Notes: generated by a model from the sequence alone, not told the origin. Shown: positions 13,031-30,113, numbered from the stretch's first letter. The stretch: 64,000 nt of DNA from the human T2T-CHM13v2.0 reference genome, Homo sapiens (GCF_009914755.1 NC_060938.1), one strand, 5' to 3'. Made by a program: numbers and translations.

Positions 13031-14681
13031 ATACTGTTTTAAAGAGGAAGTAAGTGTACTGATAAGTTTTGAGTCTGTATGTATCCTGTAAGCAAAACAG
13101 AGGAATTATGTGTCTAAAATAATTTTGGTAAGTAGTATTTTATGGAGCACAAAATATCTTAACATCTCAGTAAACTGCAAAGCAGTGCAGACCAACAATT
13201 GGAGCATTCAGGATTCCCTGAGATGCCAGTTACAAGTGAAACCTGTTTTCTTTTTATCAGGCCCAAATCTTTGCATTGTACTACTGCCACTTCCTTGATG
13301 TTTTCGAATTAAATCCAAGACCCCTCTTATGTTCTCTGAAGTTCACACTGTTTTAACCATTTACTTAACTGATTTTGTGTAATATTCTTAAGTCTTTAAA
13401 CCATAAAAAAATACTTTTATATTTTAAAGGGAACCATAGAGGAATGAATGGTTTCAAACTGTGCAGATTTCAAATTCAAAAACAGAACAACTACAGACAG
13501 AACTGATATATTTTCATCTGCTCTACTAGTCAAGCAAATCATAACAACATCCTATTTGATAGCCTGCCCAGAAAATGTAGTAGCCCTACTCAATTATAAG
13601 CAATGTGAGACTCATAAAGGGAAATCAAATATATTATACTCTCCCCTAATAATAGTTAAGGTGCACTACCTTTGTGGCACAGTAAATTAATATTATACAC
13701 ACTGAATTGGCCAAATAGGCAACGTGATTTGGCAGGTTTGAAAGATGTTGTTAAAAGTTATGCGTTTGAGCAAGCCACAGCCTCCCTTGAAAAACTTGCA
13801 AACACTTTCACATAAGTTTACCATGTGCGTATATTTTTTAAACGTAACTAACACTAAGCAATGGCTGTTAGCATGTGTCTATAGAGAATGCAGTTTTCCT
13901 CACTGTATACTCCCTATTCTCATAGAGTTTACTTTTAACTCATTGAATAATTTAGGGAAATATATTTCAGAGGTATAAACCATATGCACACATTATGGTC
14001 TAGAAATCACGGTAAATGGAGCATGTCTAAAGGAGGAAGAAAAGTTGAGACAGAGTTTTAAAATAAGTGAGTTTTTTTTAACTCACACTTTGAATGCAAA
14101 GATAGGCTGAAAATTATTAAACTAATGAAAATCTCACCTGTAAACAAAGTTTTTATGTAAGTCAATTTCAGCTCAATATAATGTCTTTAAAAAATATTGT
14201 TTGGTATTTTAACTCAATAGAAGTTATTCTTGTCTTCCTCTTTGTTATTTAACTCTATTTTAGACCCCAAGCAAGCTCCACATACACTTGGGTAAGTGAA
14301 CCAATTTTCAGATGTGTTGGTCTTTTATGGAAGCTTACTGCTATATGTGGGCTTTTACCACAATCAGCAATGCAACGAGAAACACCAGGGGGAAAATAAG
14401 GTGTGGATTAGTTGGCAGAAGGAAAAATTCTTTTGAGTATATAAAATGTCTTTAAAGAGAAGGAAATGTGAAGAAAATAGAGAGAAATAGAGGGCCACTT
14501 GTTTTATAGATTATATCTACATATGTTCTGTAATGTCTATATATTCATATATATTACATATAAATATGTATGAATATGTGAGATATGTAATGCATGCACA
14601 TGTGTGTCTACATATATATATATATATATATTCATTCAGAAAAAGTTTGTATTGTATTTTGCTTATCTAAAGTGAAAAAAA

Positions 14682-14976
<295 letters not shown>

Positions 14977-15335
14977 GGAAAAAAATTGTTCATGCTGACC
15001 AGCATTTCAACATTGGAAGGTCATTAAAATCCAGAAAGGCAGCTGAAGGAGGGGTTTAAGCTCTATGGCTTGGGGAAGAGGGCAGCTTATAGAGTACCAG
15101 GACCTCTATTTCAACTCCACACAAGACTTGCCCATTTCTGGGGACTCTGTTTGCTTTCTACCTCTCTATCAACCAGAAAGATACATATATTTTTCTCTTC
15201 TCAGAATTTCTTCTTTCTCTCTCACAACTTCTATAGAATTAGTTTTCCTTTCTTCTTTGATTTAATTGCCTAAAAAGAAGCTCTCAGTTTGACACAAGAG
15301 TCAGGAACAGATTGTGCTCCACCCTGCCCACCCCT

Positions 15336-15541
15336 CCAGAGACGTGCTGAAGCTGACTCTCACAGGCCAGGGTGTATGCCACACTTTCTCACTTGCATTC
15401 AGCGGCATCATGTTAGTAGCTCAAAATTGGCCATGGTGGGAGTATTTACACTAAGGAAGCTGGCAAATGCTACAAATCACAGTTTTTGTTTGTCTGTTTT
15501 CCAGGGAGGCAATTGTGAAACACTTACCAGCATGCTACTGC
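15336..15541. mobile_element. MER63-type hAT DNA transposon MITE
   Basis: ttggccatggtgggagtatttacac...gcaaatgctacaaatca...ttaccagcatgctactg. Confidence 0.8.
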
Positions 15542-16887
15542 CCAAATCTGACCATAAATTCTGTTGCTTAGCCTACTAGGTTCAAATAGCTTTACAATTA
15601 TAGTATACGGAGGGTCATTTTTAAAAATCTCCAGTAGTTCTTTAACTTTGCTAATTGCAAATTTCCAAAGGTGCCATAAAGTTAATCTTTAGCTTATATT
15701 CTCTGTTCATCACAATTTAATAATAAAAATTATGATCCTACATCAGAATTTTAAAAAATTCCTTAGAAAGTGATATTCAAGAAAACCAACCGACTTGCCA
15801 ACCCACCCAACATGCCTGTGATTTGCCACTCTACTGTGCAGAAGTTTCTATTATGTTGACCACATAGAAATTAAGCAATGAGAGCAAATTATACAGATTA
15901 TATCTATATATGTTCTGTAATGTCTATATATTCATATATATGTTATATATATAAATATGTATGAATATGTGAGATATGTAATGTGTCCATGTGTGTGCAC
16001 AGGAAAATAGCTTCCTCCCTCTGTGCCCTTCCTACGGTGTATCTTACAAGAAGAAAGAGGAAATGTTGCTTCAAAGTCTGTTCAACCTTTAGCCATTCAT
16101 TAGATGTACAGAAACAGGTGGAAGACCTCAAGCAAATACACATCATCTTACTAAATGAAGAATTCAGATTTGTAGGTCACAGGTAGCCAGGTCTTTTCTT
16201 CCCATTACTCATGGACACCTGTTACCATTAAAGAAAAAGAAAATGAAATTGTAATGCTTTTTCCCCACTCTAACTAGCATTACTTCTTGCAATCATATTC
16301 ATCTTGACAGAGTAAATGACTTCTGACCATTAGCTTTCTTTAATATGTAGCCAAAATTGCTTGCGTTTAATTAATCACGCTGCTACAATACTTGTCTTTA
16401 GGTGTCAGCTTTTAATTTTATATTTGCTGATGACCTGGAACCATAGCTACACAAATTCTTTTTGAACTGTTATTCTACACTGGCCTCTTTGCTATGCTCC
16501 CATGAATTCTGACTTACTGAGCCAAGTATTCCAGGTAAATTCCATACACATATCCTTTATCATGGTCTGGCTTGTGGGGGAAAAGAGGGAGAAGGTTGAC
16601 TCCATTTCACAGATTCCTTTTATAGGCAGCCATATAGTTTAATCACACAAGATTTCTACTAGGTGTGGATTAATTAGGATAATCTTTATTTCCACAAGAA
16701 AAACTTACCAAAATGAAACTGACTGCATGTCATGTAAAATAAGTGCCAGCTGAAGAACAATATTTGGATACCAAAGTATAAGAAATTACAGAAATACAAA
16801 GGTAGATACATTTCATAACATACATATTTAGTTGTAATAACATTGAATACATTAGTACTGATGGGAAACATTATCTTAATCAATTAA

Positions 16888-17190
<303 letters not shown>

Positions 17191-17379
17191 CTTAAATAAA
17201 AATTAATGTTTGATTTCAGTTAATATTCTTAAACTACTAGCTCACTAAACAATATTTGCCTCTATGGCCTTCATCCCAACAAGCACCTTGGGATGCTTCT
17301 TTGCAACATTAAATTCTTTTTCAACATTAAATATGCTTTATCTCCCTTTTCTAGGTGTTGGACAAGTTCTTGTCCAGGA

Positions 17380-17960
17380 CAGTTTTCATTCAACACATAT
17401 TTTTTGAGTGCCTACTGTGTACATAGTGCTTCCAGCATAGTTCTAGATGCTAGTTTTCTTCTGGCTTATAATTTCACAGGGTAATAGGAAGCAAGGTTGT
17501 CAACCTAGAGTGAGGATAAGGAAGGGGATTTGGAGAGAGCAGGGGGAGGTATGAAATAGTCTTCTGCAGGAGGGAGGAAGGGATTGGGCCAGGAAAACAT
17601 CATAAAATTACTGAGTAGCACTGAGAATCCATTTGAGGCCAATCGTCATGCATGTAAAGTGTCATTTTTGTCTACTGACATTCAGCTGTGTGGGTTTAGG
17701 AAGACTCACATTTAACCAGGTTAAGCTTTTGCCAAATGAATATGAGGAAATGACAGAGGGCAAAGGCATGAGTGCATGGCAGCGAGTAATTATAATGATT
17801 GGCCAAGGACTTAGGCTTGCAAGGAGGGAATTGAGGACATGATGGGGATGAGAACATGGTATTGAGAGTAGAGGCTTGTTGGTCCTGCTGGAATCAGGAT
17901 ACTGGAGGGAGAGAGGCAGAAAATAAGAGATGAAGTTAACACTAAGATAACTACTAAGTC
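17380..17960 (-). mobile_element. Degraded L2 fragments
   Basis: ttcattcaacacatatt..gagtgcctactgtgt followed by purine-rich degraded sequence. Confidence 0.55.
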
Positions 17961-19009
17961 CCACTTGTATTCATCTACAGTAACTACTAACATTTGGATT
18001 TTTTCACTGTATCCTCAATGTCCAGGATAAGGTACACCACAACATCCATGAAGTAAATGAAAATGTCAAATAAATAAAAGTTTGAATTTATAATTGAGTA
18101 ATATCAAGTACCTGAAGAGCAACCACGTGGAGGAGTAACACATTCACCATTCCCTGAACTAGATTCAGATGTTCTCTTTGTTTTGATTGGATCTCCAAAG
18201 TTCACTTGAGTTTATGATTTAACAACTGTTTAAGTAATATCCTATAATGACCACAATATGTACACTTTAAGTAGTCAATATACCTAATAGTCAATGCATG
18301 TCGTAAAGAAATGCAAAAAATTTGAAACACTGAATAAAACAAGTGTACAAATACAGGCCTCCAAAGACGGGTTACTTTTCTAAGAACCAAAATACAACTG
18401 CCTTGAAAGACTTGTAATCGACAGTATTAAGTCCTCAAAAGTAAATGGATACATTTCATACTCATATTCCAAGACAAGGTTAGATACCAACGAATGAAAA
18501 ACCTATTTTAAAGGACCTAATCATCTTTTCTAGGAAAGGCGGTGGCCCTAACTTTCTGTCAATCAATATAAAATGTATTAGCACTAAAAGAATCTCTTGA
18601 TGGATGAAAATTATAACTCTGAAAATCTCCCTTGGAATTCTACAGGGTGACTACAAAGTCTGAAAACATATATGAATAAACATAATGTCACCAAGGGCAT
18701 TGTAAATCCTTAAAAAAGTAAATTAACATTTATCTATTTTCCAGATTTCATAATCTGTTGGTGACTTCATAGGAGAGGTATGAATTCTGTATTCACTCAG
18801 TGACTGGATTTAGCTACCAGGTAATTTTTGAATAAATAGAGCAAAATGTGAAGAGCAACATTTCTATTATAACTCTGATTTCTTCATGTGCTGCTTTGAT
18901 GCTACAAGGATCAATTTCTTCATTTATTCTCTTATACACTAAAGTATATATAGGCAACATGCAACACAATGGCAGAAACTAAAAGGAGTATTTATACTCC
19001 TGGGAACAA

Positions 19010-19440
19010 TACTGTAGCACCAGCAAAATCTATTCCCTCTTTTTTTTCATGTTTCATGATGTCACAGCAAGATGGCGTTTCCCAGAATCTCTTGAGTGTA
19101 GCCATGTGACTAACTTTTCACCTATGGATAGGAGAGGCAGAGCGCGTAAGACTATGAATATGTCTCTTCAATACCCGATTTCCCCTTCCCACTAACTGGA
19201 ACTTCAAAGAGGCAGTGATTTAAGTTATACCTTACAAATGACAAAGAATAGTCTAGGGGATTGTGGAGCAACCAGTGGCAGGAACCTGTGTCCCATAGCG
19301 ACCATGAAGAACAGAGATTCTGTGCTGACCTGGAAATTACAATCAGGGCTGCTACATGAAAGAGAAATAAGCTTGTTGTTCCTTAAGCCACTATATTGTT
19401 AGATCCCTGATGTAGTGGTTAAGCATTACCCTGATCAAAC
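19010..19440 (+). mobile_element. Old MLT1 (J-like) LTR
   Basis: gccatgtgactaac...gagaaataagcttg...ttaagccactatattg. Confidence 0.75.
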
Positions 19441-19489
19441 GGTGCCATCACAGACTTGCTAACCACATTATGTGTCCAAACATAGTTTG

Positions 19490-19953
19490 TCAGACAAAAG
19501 ACAACAAGTGTTGGCAAGGATGTGGAGAAAAGGGAACCCTCACACACTCGCTGGGAATGTAAATTAGTACAGCCATTATGAAAAATAGTATGGAGGTTCC
19601 TCATAAAATCAAATAAAGAACTATCATCTGATTCAGCAATCCTACTACTGAGTATATATATACAAAAGAAATTAAATCAGTATGTTGAAAACATATCTGA
19701 ACTCCAATGTTTCTTGCAGTTCATTCTGAGAGAGATATATTTAATGCTCCAATAATGCCAAAATGTGGAATCAACCTAAGTGCCCATCAGTAGATGAACG
19801 GATACAGGAAATGTGGTATATATAAACAATGAAATGCTATTAAGCCATAAAAAGAAGGAAATCCTGTGATTTGCAACATGGATGGTCCTAGAAGACATAA
19901 TGTTAGTTAAATAAGGCCAGGAACAGAAAGACCAATACCACATAATCTCACTT
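19490..19953 (+). mobile_element. L1MA 3' fragment, left part (split by the L1PA insertion)
   Basis: gttggcaaggatgtggagaaaagggaaccc...cataatctcactt; continues at 26085. Confidence 0.9.
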
Positions 19954-20166
19954 TTTTTTTTATTATACTTTAAGTTTTAGGGTACGTGTGCACAATGTGC
20001 AGGTTAGTTACATATGTATACATGTGCCATGTTGGTGTGCTGCACCCATTAACTCGTCATTTAACATTAGGTATATCTCCTAATGCTATCCCTCCCCACT
20101 CCCCCAACCCCACAACTGGCCCCGGTGTGTGATGTTCCCCTTCCTGTGTCCATGTGTTCTCAATGT

Positions 20167-23980
<3,814 letters not shown>

Positions 23981-24043
23981 TATGATGGTAGCTGGTTATT
24001 TTGCTGATTAATTGATGCAGTTTCTTCCTAGCCTTGATGGTCT

Positions 24044-25056
24044 TTACAATTTGGCATGTTTTTCCAGTGGCTGGTACCGGTTGTTCCTTTCCATGTTTAG
24101 TACTTCCTTCAAGAGCTCTTTTAGGGCAGGCCTGGTGGTGACAAAATCTCTCAGCATTTGCTTGTCTGTAAAGTATTTTATTTCTCCTTCACTTCTGAAG
24201 CTTAGTTTGGCTGGATATGAAACTCTGGGTTGAAAATTCTTTTCTTTAAGAATGTTGAATATTGGCCCGCACTCTCTGCTGGCTTGTAGAGTTTCTGCCA
24301 AGAGATCAGCTGTTAGTCTGATGGGCTTCCCTTTGTGGGTAACCCGACCTTTCTCTCTGGCTGCCCTTAACATTTTTTCCTTCATTTCGACTTTGGTGAA
24401 TCTGACAATTATGTGTCTTGGAGCTGCTCTTCTCGAGGATTATTTTTGTGTTGTTCTCTGTATTTCCTGAATTAGAATGTTGGCCTGCCTTGCTAGATTG
24501 GGGAAGTTCTCCTGGATTATATCCTGCAGAGTGTTTTCCAACTTGGTTCCATTCTCCCCATCACTTTCAGGTACACCAATCACACGTAGATTTGGTCTTT
24601 TCACATAGTCCCATATTTCTTGGAGGCTTTGTTCATTTCTTTTTATTCTTTTTTCTCTAAACTTCTCTTCTCGCTTCTTTTCATTCATTTCATCTTCCAT
24701 CACTGATACCCTTTCTTCCAGTTGATCGAATCGGCTACTGAGGCTTGTGCATTCGTCATGTTCTTGTGCCTTGGTTTTCAGCTCCATCAGGTCCTTTAAG
24801 GACTTCTCTGCATTGGTTATTCTAGTTAGCCATTCGTCTAATTTTTTTTCAAGGTTTTTAACTTCTTTGCCATGGGTTCGAACTTCCTCCTTTAGCTCAG
24901 AGTAGTTTGATCGTCTGAAGCCTTCTTCTCCCAACTCATCAAAGTCATTCTACGTCCAGCTTTGTTCCGTTGCTGGTGAGGAGCTGCATTCCTTTGGAGG
25001 AGGAGAGGTGCTCTGATTTTTAGAGTTTCCAGTTTTACTGCTCTGTTTTTCCCCAT
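24044..25056 (-). pseudogene. L1 ORF1, disrupted
   Basis: ATG at 25056 followed by 5 A instead of 6 (frameshift); fragments at 24440-24934 and 24044-24385. Confidence 0.93.
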
Positions 25057-25630
25057 TTTGTGGTTTTATCTACCTTTGGTCTTTGATGATGGTGACGTAC
25101 AGATGGGGTTTTGGTGTGGATGTCCTTTCTGTTTGTTAATTTTCCTTCTAACAGTCAGGACCCTCAGCTGCAGGTCTGTTGGAGTTTGCTGGAGGTCCAC
25201 TCCAGACACTGTTTGCCTGGGTATCAGCAGCAGAGGCTGCAGAACAGCAGATATGGGTGAACAGCAAATGTTGCTGCCTGATCGTTCCTCTGGAAGTTTT
25301 GTCTCAGAGGAGTACCTGGCCGTGTGAGGTGTCGGTCTGACCCTACTGGGGGATGCCTGCCAGTTAGGCTACTTTGGGGTCAGGGACCCACTTGAGGAGG
25401 CAGTCTGTCCATTCTCAGATCTCCAGCTGCATGCTGGGAGAACCACTACTCTCTTCAAAGCTGTCAGACAGGGACATTTAAGTCTGCAGAGGATTCTGCT
25501 GCATTTTGTTTCACTATGCCCTGCCCCTAGAGGTGGAGTCTACAGAGGCAGGCAGGCCTCCTTGAGCTGCAGTGGGCTACACCCAGTTCGAGCTTCCCGG
25601 CCTCTTTGTTTACCCACTCAAGCCTCAGCA

Positions 25631-25894
25631 ATGGCAGGCGCCCCTCCCCCAGCCTCGCTGCCACCTTGCAGTTTGATCTCAGACTGCTGTGCTAGCAATG
25701 AGCGAGGCTCTGTGGGCGTAGGACCCTCCGATCCAGGCACAGGATATAATCTCCTGGTGTGCCATTTGCTAAGACCGTTGGAAAAGCGCAGTATTAGGGT
25801 GGGAGTGACCCGATTTTCCAGGTGCCGTCTGTCACCCCTTTCTTTGACTAGGAAAGGGAATTCCCTGACCCCTTGTGCTTCCTGGGTGAGGTGA
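25631..25894 (+). CDS. L1 antisense ORF0-like open reading frame (87 aa, MAGAPPPASLPPCSLISDCCAS...)
   Basis: Uninterrupted frame from gcaATGGca in the 5'UTR antisense strand, matching the ORF0 N-terminus; expression unknown. Confidence 0.6.
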   Translation: MAGAPPPASLPPCSLISDCCASNERGSVGVGPSDPGTGYNLLVCHLLRPLEKRSIRVGVTRFSRCRLSPLSLTRKGNSLTPCASWVR

Positions 25895-26084
25895 TGCCTC
25901 GCCCTGCTTTGGCTCACTCTCAGTGTGCTGCACCCACTGTCCTGCACCCACTTTCCGACACTCCCCAGTGAGATGAACCTGGTACCTCAGTTGGAAATGC
26001 AGAAATCACCTGTCTTCTGCGTCGCTCATGCTGGGAGCTGTAGACTGGAGCTGTTCCCATTCAGCCATCTTGGCTCCATCCCCC

Positions 26085-26505
26085 AATCTCACTTATATGA
26101 GAAACCTAAAACAGCTGATCTCATGGAAGTGGAGAGTACAATGGTGGCCACCAGAGCTGCCAGTGGGTGTGGGGTGGTGCAGTGGCCAGGGAGATGTTGA
26201 TCAAAGGATACACCATTTCCCCAGCCTGTCCTTGGATAGGATGAATACATTTTGAAAGGCCTGTTGTACAACATGATGACTTTAATTAACAAAATATTGT
26301 ATTCTTGAAAATGCTAAGAGAGTGGATGTAAAGTGTTCTTAACACAAAAACGGTAACTATGTGGAGTAATGTATGTGTCAATTGGCTAGATTTAGTCAGT
26401 CCACTATGTATCTAATACAAATTAGTACAATTGTACTAATTTACAAAACATCATGTTGTACACAATAAACACAGACAATTTTATCTGTCAATTAAAAAAT
26501 AAATT
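26085..26505 (+). mobile_element. L1MA 3' end, right part
   Basis: ctcatggaagtggagagtacaatgg...ttatctgtcaattaaaaaataaa. Confidence 0.9.
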
Positions 26506-26508
26506 TAA

Positions 26509-26640
26509 GGTTGGGTATGGTGGCTCATGCCTATAATCCCAGCACTATGGGAGGCCAAGGCAGTAGAATTGCTTCAGGCCAGGTGCTCAAGACGATCCAC
26601 GCAAACATAGCAAGACCCTGTCTCTATTTGAGAAAAAAAC
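26509..26640 (+). mobile_element. FLAM / Alu left monomer
   Basis: Single monomer ending gaccctgtctcta plus A-rich tail. Confidence 0.85.
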
Positions 26641-27364
26641 TAAAATTGAGGTAAAATAAAATGAAAATGAAAAGAAAAAAAAATGTTTAAGTAGAGTTCA
26701 ACATCAAAACACAACATTCTGGAAAGAGGATCCCAAAGCATATCATGATGTCTAATAAAGGAAGACAAATTATAAATAACCAAATCTGCATACAAAATAG
26801 GGTTTCAACCTACTCTTGAATGCAAATTGACAAAATGGCACCGTCTCCGAACTAAATTCAACTTACACCAAGGAAGAAATGGGATTGGCCCTTCTTGCCT
26901 ACAGGGAGAATGGTAGCATCATGAAGTGTGCAGAGACCAGGGCCAGGAGGCTTCACTGGGTTCATTCAAGCTGCATCTGAGGTTTCTCTTGCCTTGCAAT
27001 GGGTTTGGGAACATCAGTAACTGAAAACTGAGTCCAAGTATGTGAGATTTAAACTCACTGTGGAAGATACAGTTCAAGTTAGACCATCATATAGTTATTA
27101 AAATGAGCAGAATCTAAAATGCCATTGTCTACAAAAACTGAAACAATACTGTTTCTTCCACTGCAGGGTTTAATTTATTCAGCATTTATTTCAGGCAACT
27201 TGAAAGATACTCTTAAAAGGGGATAATTGTGTTTTAAAATGGTGTTTTCTGGGGTGAACACATATTTCATGTTTTCTGTTTTACCTTACTAGTGAAAAGC
27301 TGGAGGAATTTGTATGAGAGAAACAATGCTGTCTTATTCATCCAGGTAGTCAATTCCAACAAAA

Positions 27365-27765
27365 ATAATTTGTCAGGACTCTTTTGGTTGTATGAGAGAA
27401 AATTCAACACCAACTGGCCTAAACACAAAGGAGGAATTTGTTGGCTCATAAATGAACTGACGGAAATGGCAGGGATGCTTGGCTCCAAGACTCTTTCTCA
27501 CATGCCCTCATCTGTTTGTCCCTGCTTGCTTTATTCACTCCTGCTTCAGAGAAGCACACTGCCTCTGAAAGCCTCCACCTCCTGTCCTGTCATCTTTATG
27601 ATGCAAGAGGCAAGCAGAACTCTGCTTGCTCCAGAAGATAAATCCCTAGAAGGGCTTCGATTGGCCTCACTTTAGTCACATGTGAATCCCTGGCCAATTG
27701 CTGTGGCCAGGAGGATAGGGACATCTCATTGGTAGAGTTTTAGGCACATGTGTACTCCTGTATGG
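27365..27765 (-). mobile_element. Old MLT1 LTR
   Basis: tcaggactcttttggttg...aaaggaggaatttgttggctca...gattggcc...gtcacatg. Confidence 0.7.
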
Positions 27766-29840
27766 AGGACTATCGAGAAGGTCAGAGCTTTAAATCTCTG
27801 CGCAACATCTCTTTCTTTGTAATTTGAAAAATGATAAGACTGGGTTTGGAATATTCAAATGACACTTTTGCTGCTTCCTACCCTATCTAACTTTTAATCT
27901 TAATTAACTGACTCCTTTCCACACTACTAACAACCCAATGACAATGGTACTGGGATTAACTAATTGCACTTCATCTCAAAAAACACCTTTCCTATTAGGA
28001 ATTCTAATTTATAGTTTGGTTATTCTATGTTCCTGTGAGATTAGCAAACTTGGAAAGGAAATGAAATGGCTTGAGTTTTAAATACACATTTAGTTCATAA
28101 GATGTTATGTTAACTTGTGGATAAGGCCCTGGCTCACCTAAACTTGTCATTTATAAAGTATTTATCATGTCAGGGAAGGTGTGCAGAAATAGGGAAGACA
28201 TAATCTCTACTTGAAAGATTTACATAACAACTCTGGGAGCCATTGCAATAGGGCATTTTGATTATTAAAACTGTGAACTGCTTCCTGGAAGGGCAAACAG
28301 AGGTAACTTTGGCTGCATGTTACAATCCACAATTCAATTTGGCATAGCATCTTGCATAAAAGTGTATCCCAAACCACTTTACAGAAGTGAAATTTCCGTT
28401 CTCAAGCCAATATATGCTATATATTACAGAACAGCTGTGTGCAAACATTGCCTCATGGAAAAAAAAATCTAAGACATTAGGTCATGAGATGAAAACCCAA
28501 AGGAGAATTTAGGAGTAAGGACCAGTAGAGCTGGAAAGAGGGAGAAGAGCAGAGACCGATAAGAAAGGAAACACATTAATTTGCAAGATTTAGGAATGGA
28601 TCTTTGATGAGTTGAAGATATATCAGACACTTTTTTCCCCAGAAAATGTTGTGAGACAATCTTTTTATATAATCCAAAGGAGTAGAAAAGGTTAAATAAA
28701 CAAAAAGTATGAGGTAAAGACTGATAAGCCTTCCAAATAGTAGCACAAGTAGATGGATTAGTAATCTCATAGTCATATGGAATAAAGGCAATAATATTCT
28801 GTATTTTGAGTTAATCTGAACTATGGTAAACTATTACCTATATAGATTAGAGGATAAGATGTACTTTTAAAGCTAACTACATAAGCATAAACTCTATAAA
28901 TGAACTGCATTTAAAAATAAATAGAATTTTATAAAACATATTTAATACTAACACAAATCAATTAGAATATACACTTTTAGAATCGTGCTTGGTTTCAAGA
29001 AAACATAAAAATATTATTTTTTATTTTGGTTTTAGTTGTAAAAGTACCAGTTAGTGGAAAATTGTATCTAACAAATAACAGGGCATTTGCAGTACTTAAA
29101 CTGAATCCATAATATAGAATTCTGCTTTAAAACCTAATCAGTTTAAGTAAAAATTACTCCCAAGGATATAGAAAGGCAAAATAAAGGCTATTTAGATTTT
29201 CTATAATTTAAATAACAGTAAACTATTTTTTAAAACTTCCTGTTCTTCATTCTGAATGTTCACTTAAAGCTTAAGTTTCTGCATCAAATGTCATCTTCAT
29301 AGCCAATTAATCTTCTATGCACTGTGTATGACAAACATTCAAGTCCCATGAACTCCAAGGTCATCCATTTAACAAGAGGTTTACATGACTCATTAAAAGT
29401 TATGCATTCTTTTAAGGGGATATACTTTTGAGTATTGGAGTTTTCCACATAAAAATATGATTAACTCTGTACCTTGTGTAAGTTACTTATGTTTGGCATC
29501 TACCCATTTAAATTTGGCAGATATCTCATTTTACATGACACATATAACACTATGCAGGAAGAATGAAGAAAGTAAATCCATATTGTATTATTTCCCCAAA
29601 TGTGTGGAAATACTGGATTCCTCAGACAACCTTGAGAAGCTTTCCAGAGACTATTCTGATGAGGGTTGTAGCTATGCTGTTTAGGTTGTCCTTGCCAGTC
29701 ACAGTCTTATACCAGAGTCCAGCCATCCCAGTGATTACACAGGTAGGGTCAAAGATGACTATTCAGCCTGTGCTAGCTCTACTCTGGTGGCTAGTGTCTC
29801 AACTGTGCCATTCTCTAAGGAGGGAAGTATCGTATAGTAA

Positions 29841-29863
29841 AACACACACACACACACACACAC
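29841..29863. repeat. (CA)n microsatellite
   Basis: Directly visible. Confidence 0.9.
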
Positions 29864-29918
29864 GAACTCTGAAAATCTGGGTTTGAGTTTTGTATCAAGT
29901 TTCACAAATCACATATTT

Positions 29919-30108
29919 CAGGGGTTCTTAACCTGTGGTCGGATTTTGGAAAAAGGAAGGTGTTCATAAACTACTAGAAATTATATGATAAATTTGTTTT
30001 TAAGTTTATTTTGGTTTGTGCTAGTGTTAATTTTTACGGCAGAGGAGGCCATGACTTTTGACAATTTCTTCAAAATTTCTATATTCCCAAAATGTTCAAA
30101 AACTACTT
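29919..30108. mobile_element. hAT-Charlie-like MITE
   Basis: TIR caggggttcttaacc ... degenerate gttcaaaaactact. Confidence 0.55.
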
Positions 30109-30113
30109 ATTGT

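Noticed and set aside
27292-27675. 127-aa ORF (also 36355-36756, 133 aa)
   Set aside because: These overlap MLT1 and L2 remnants; no recognisable protein or splice structure.
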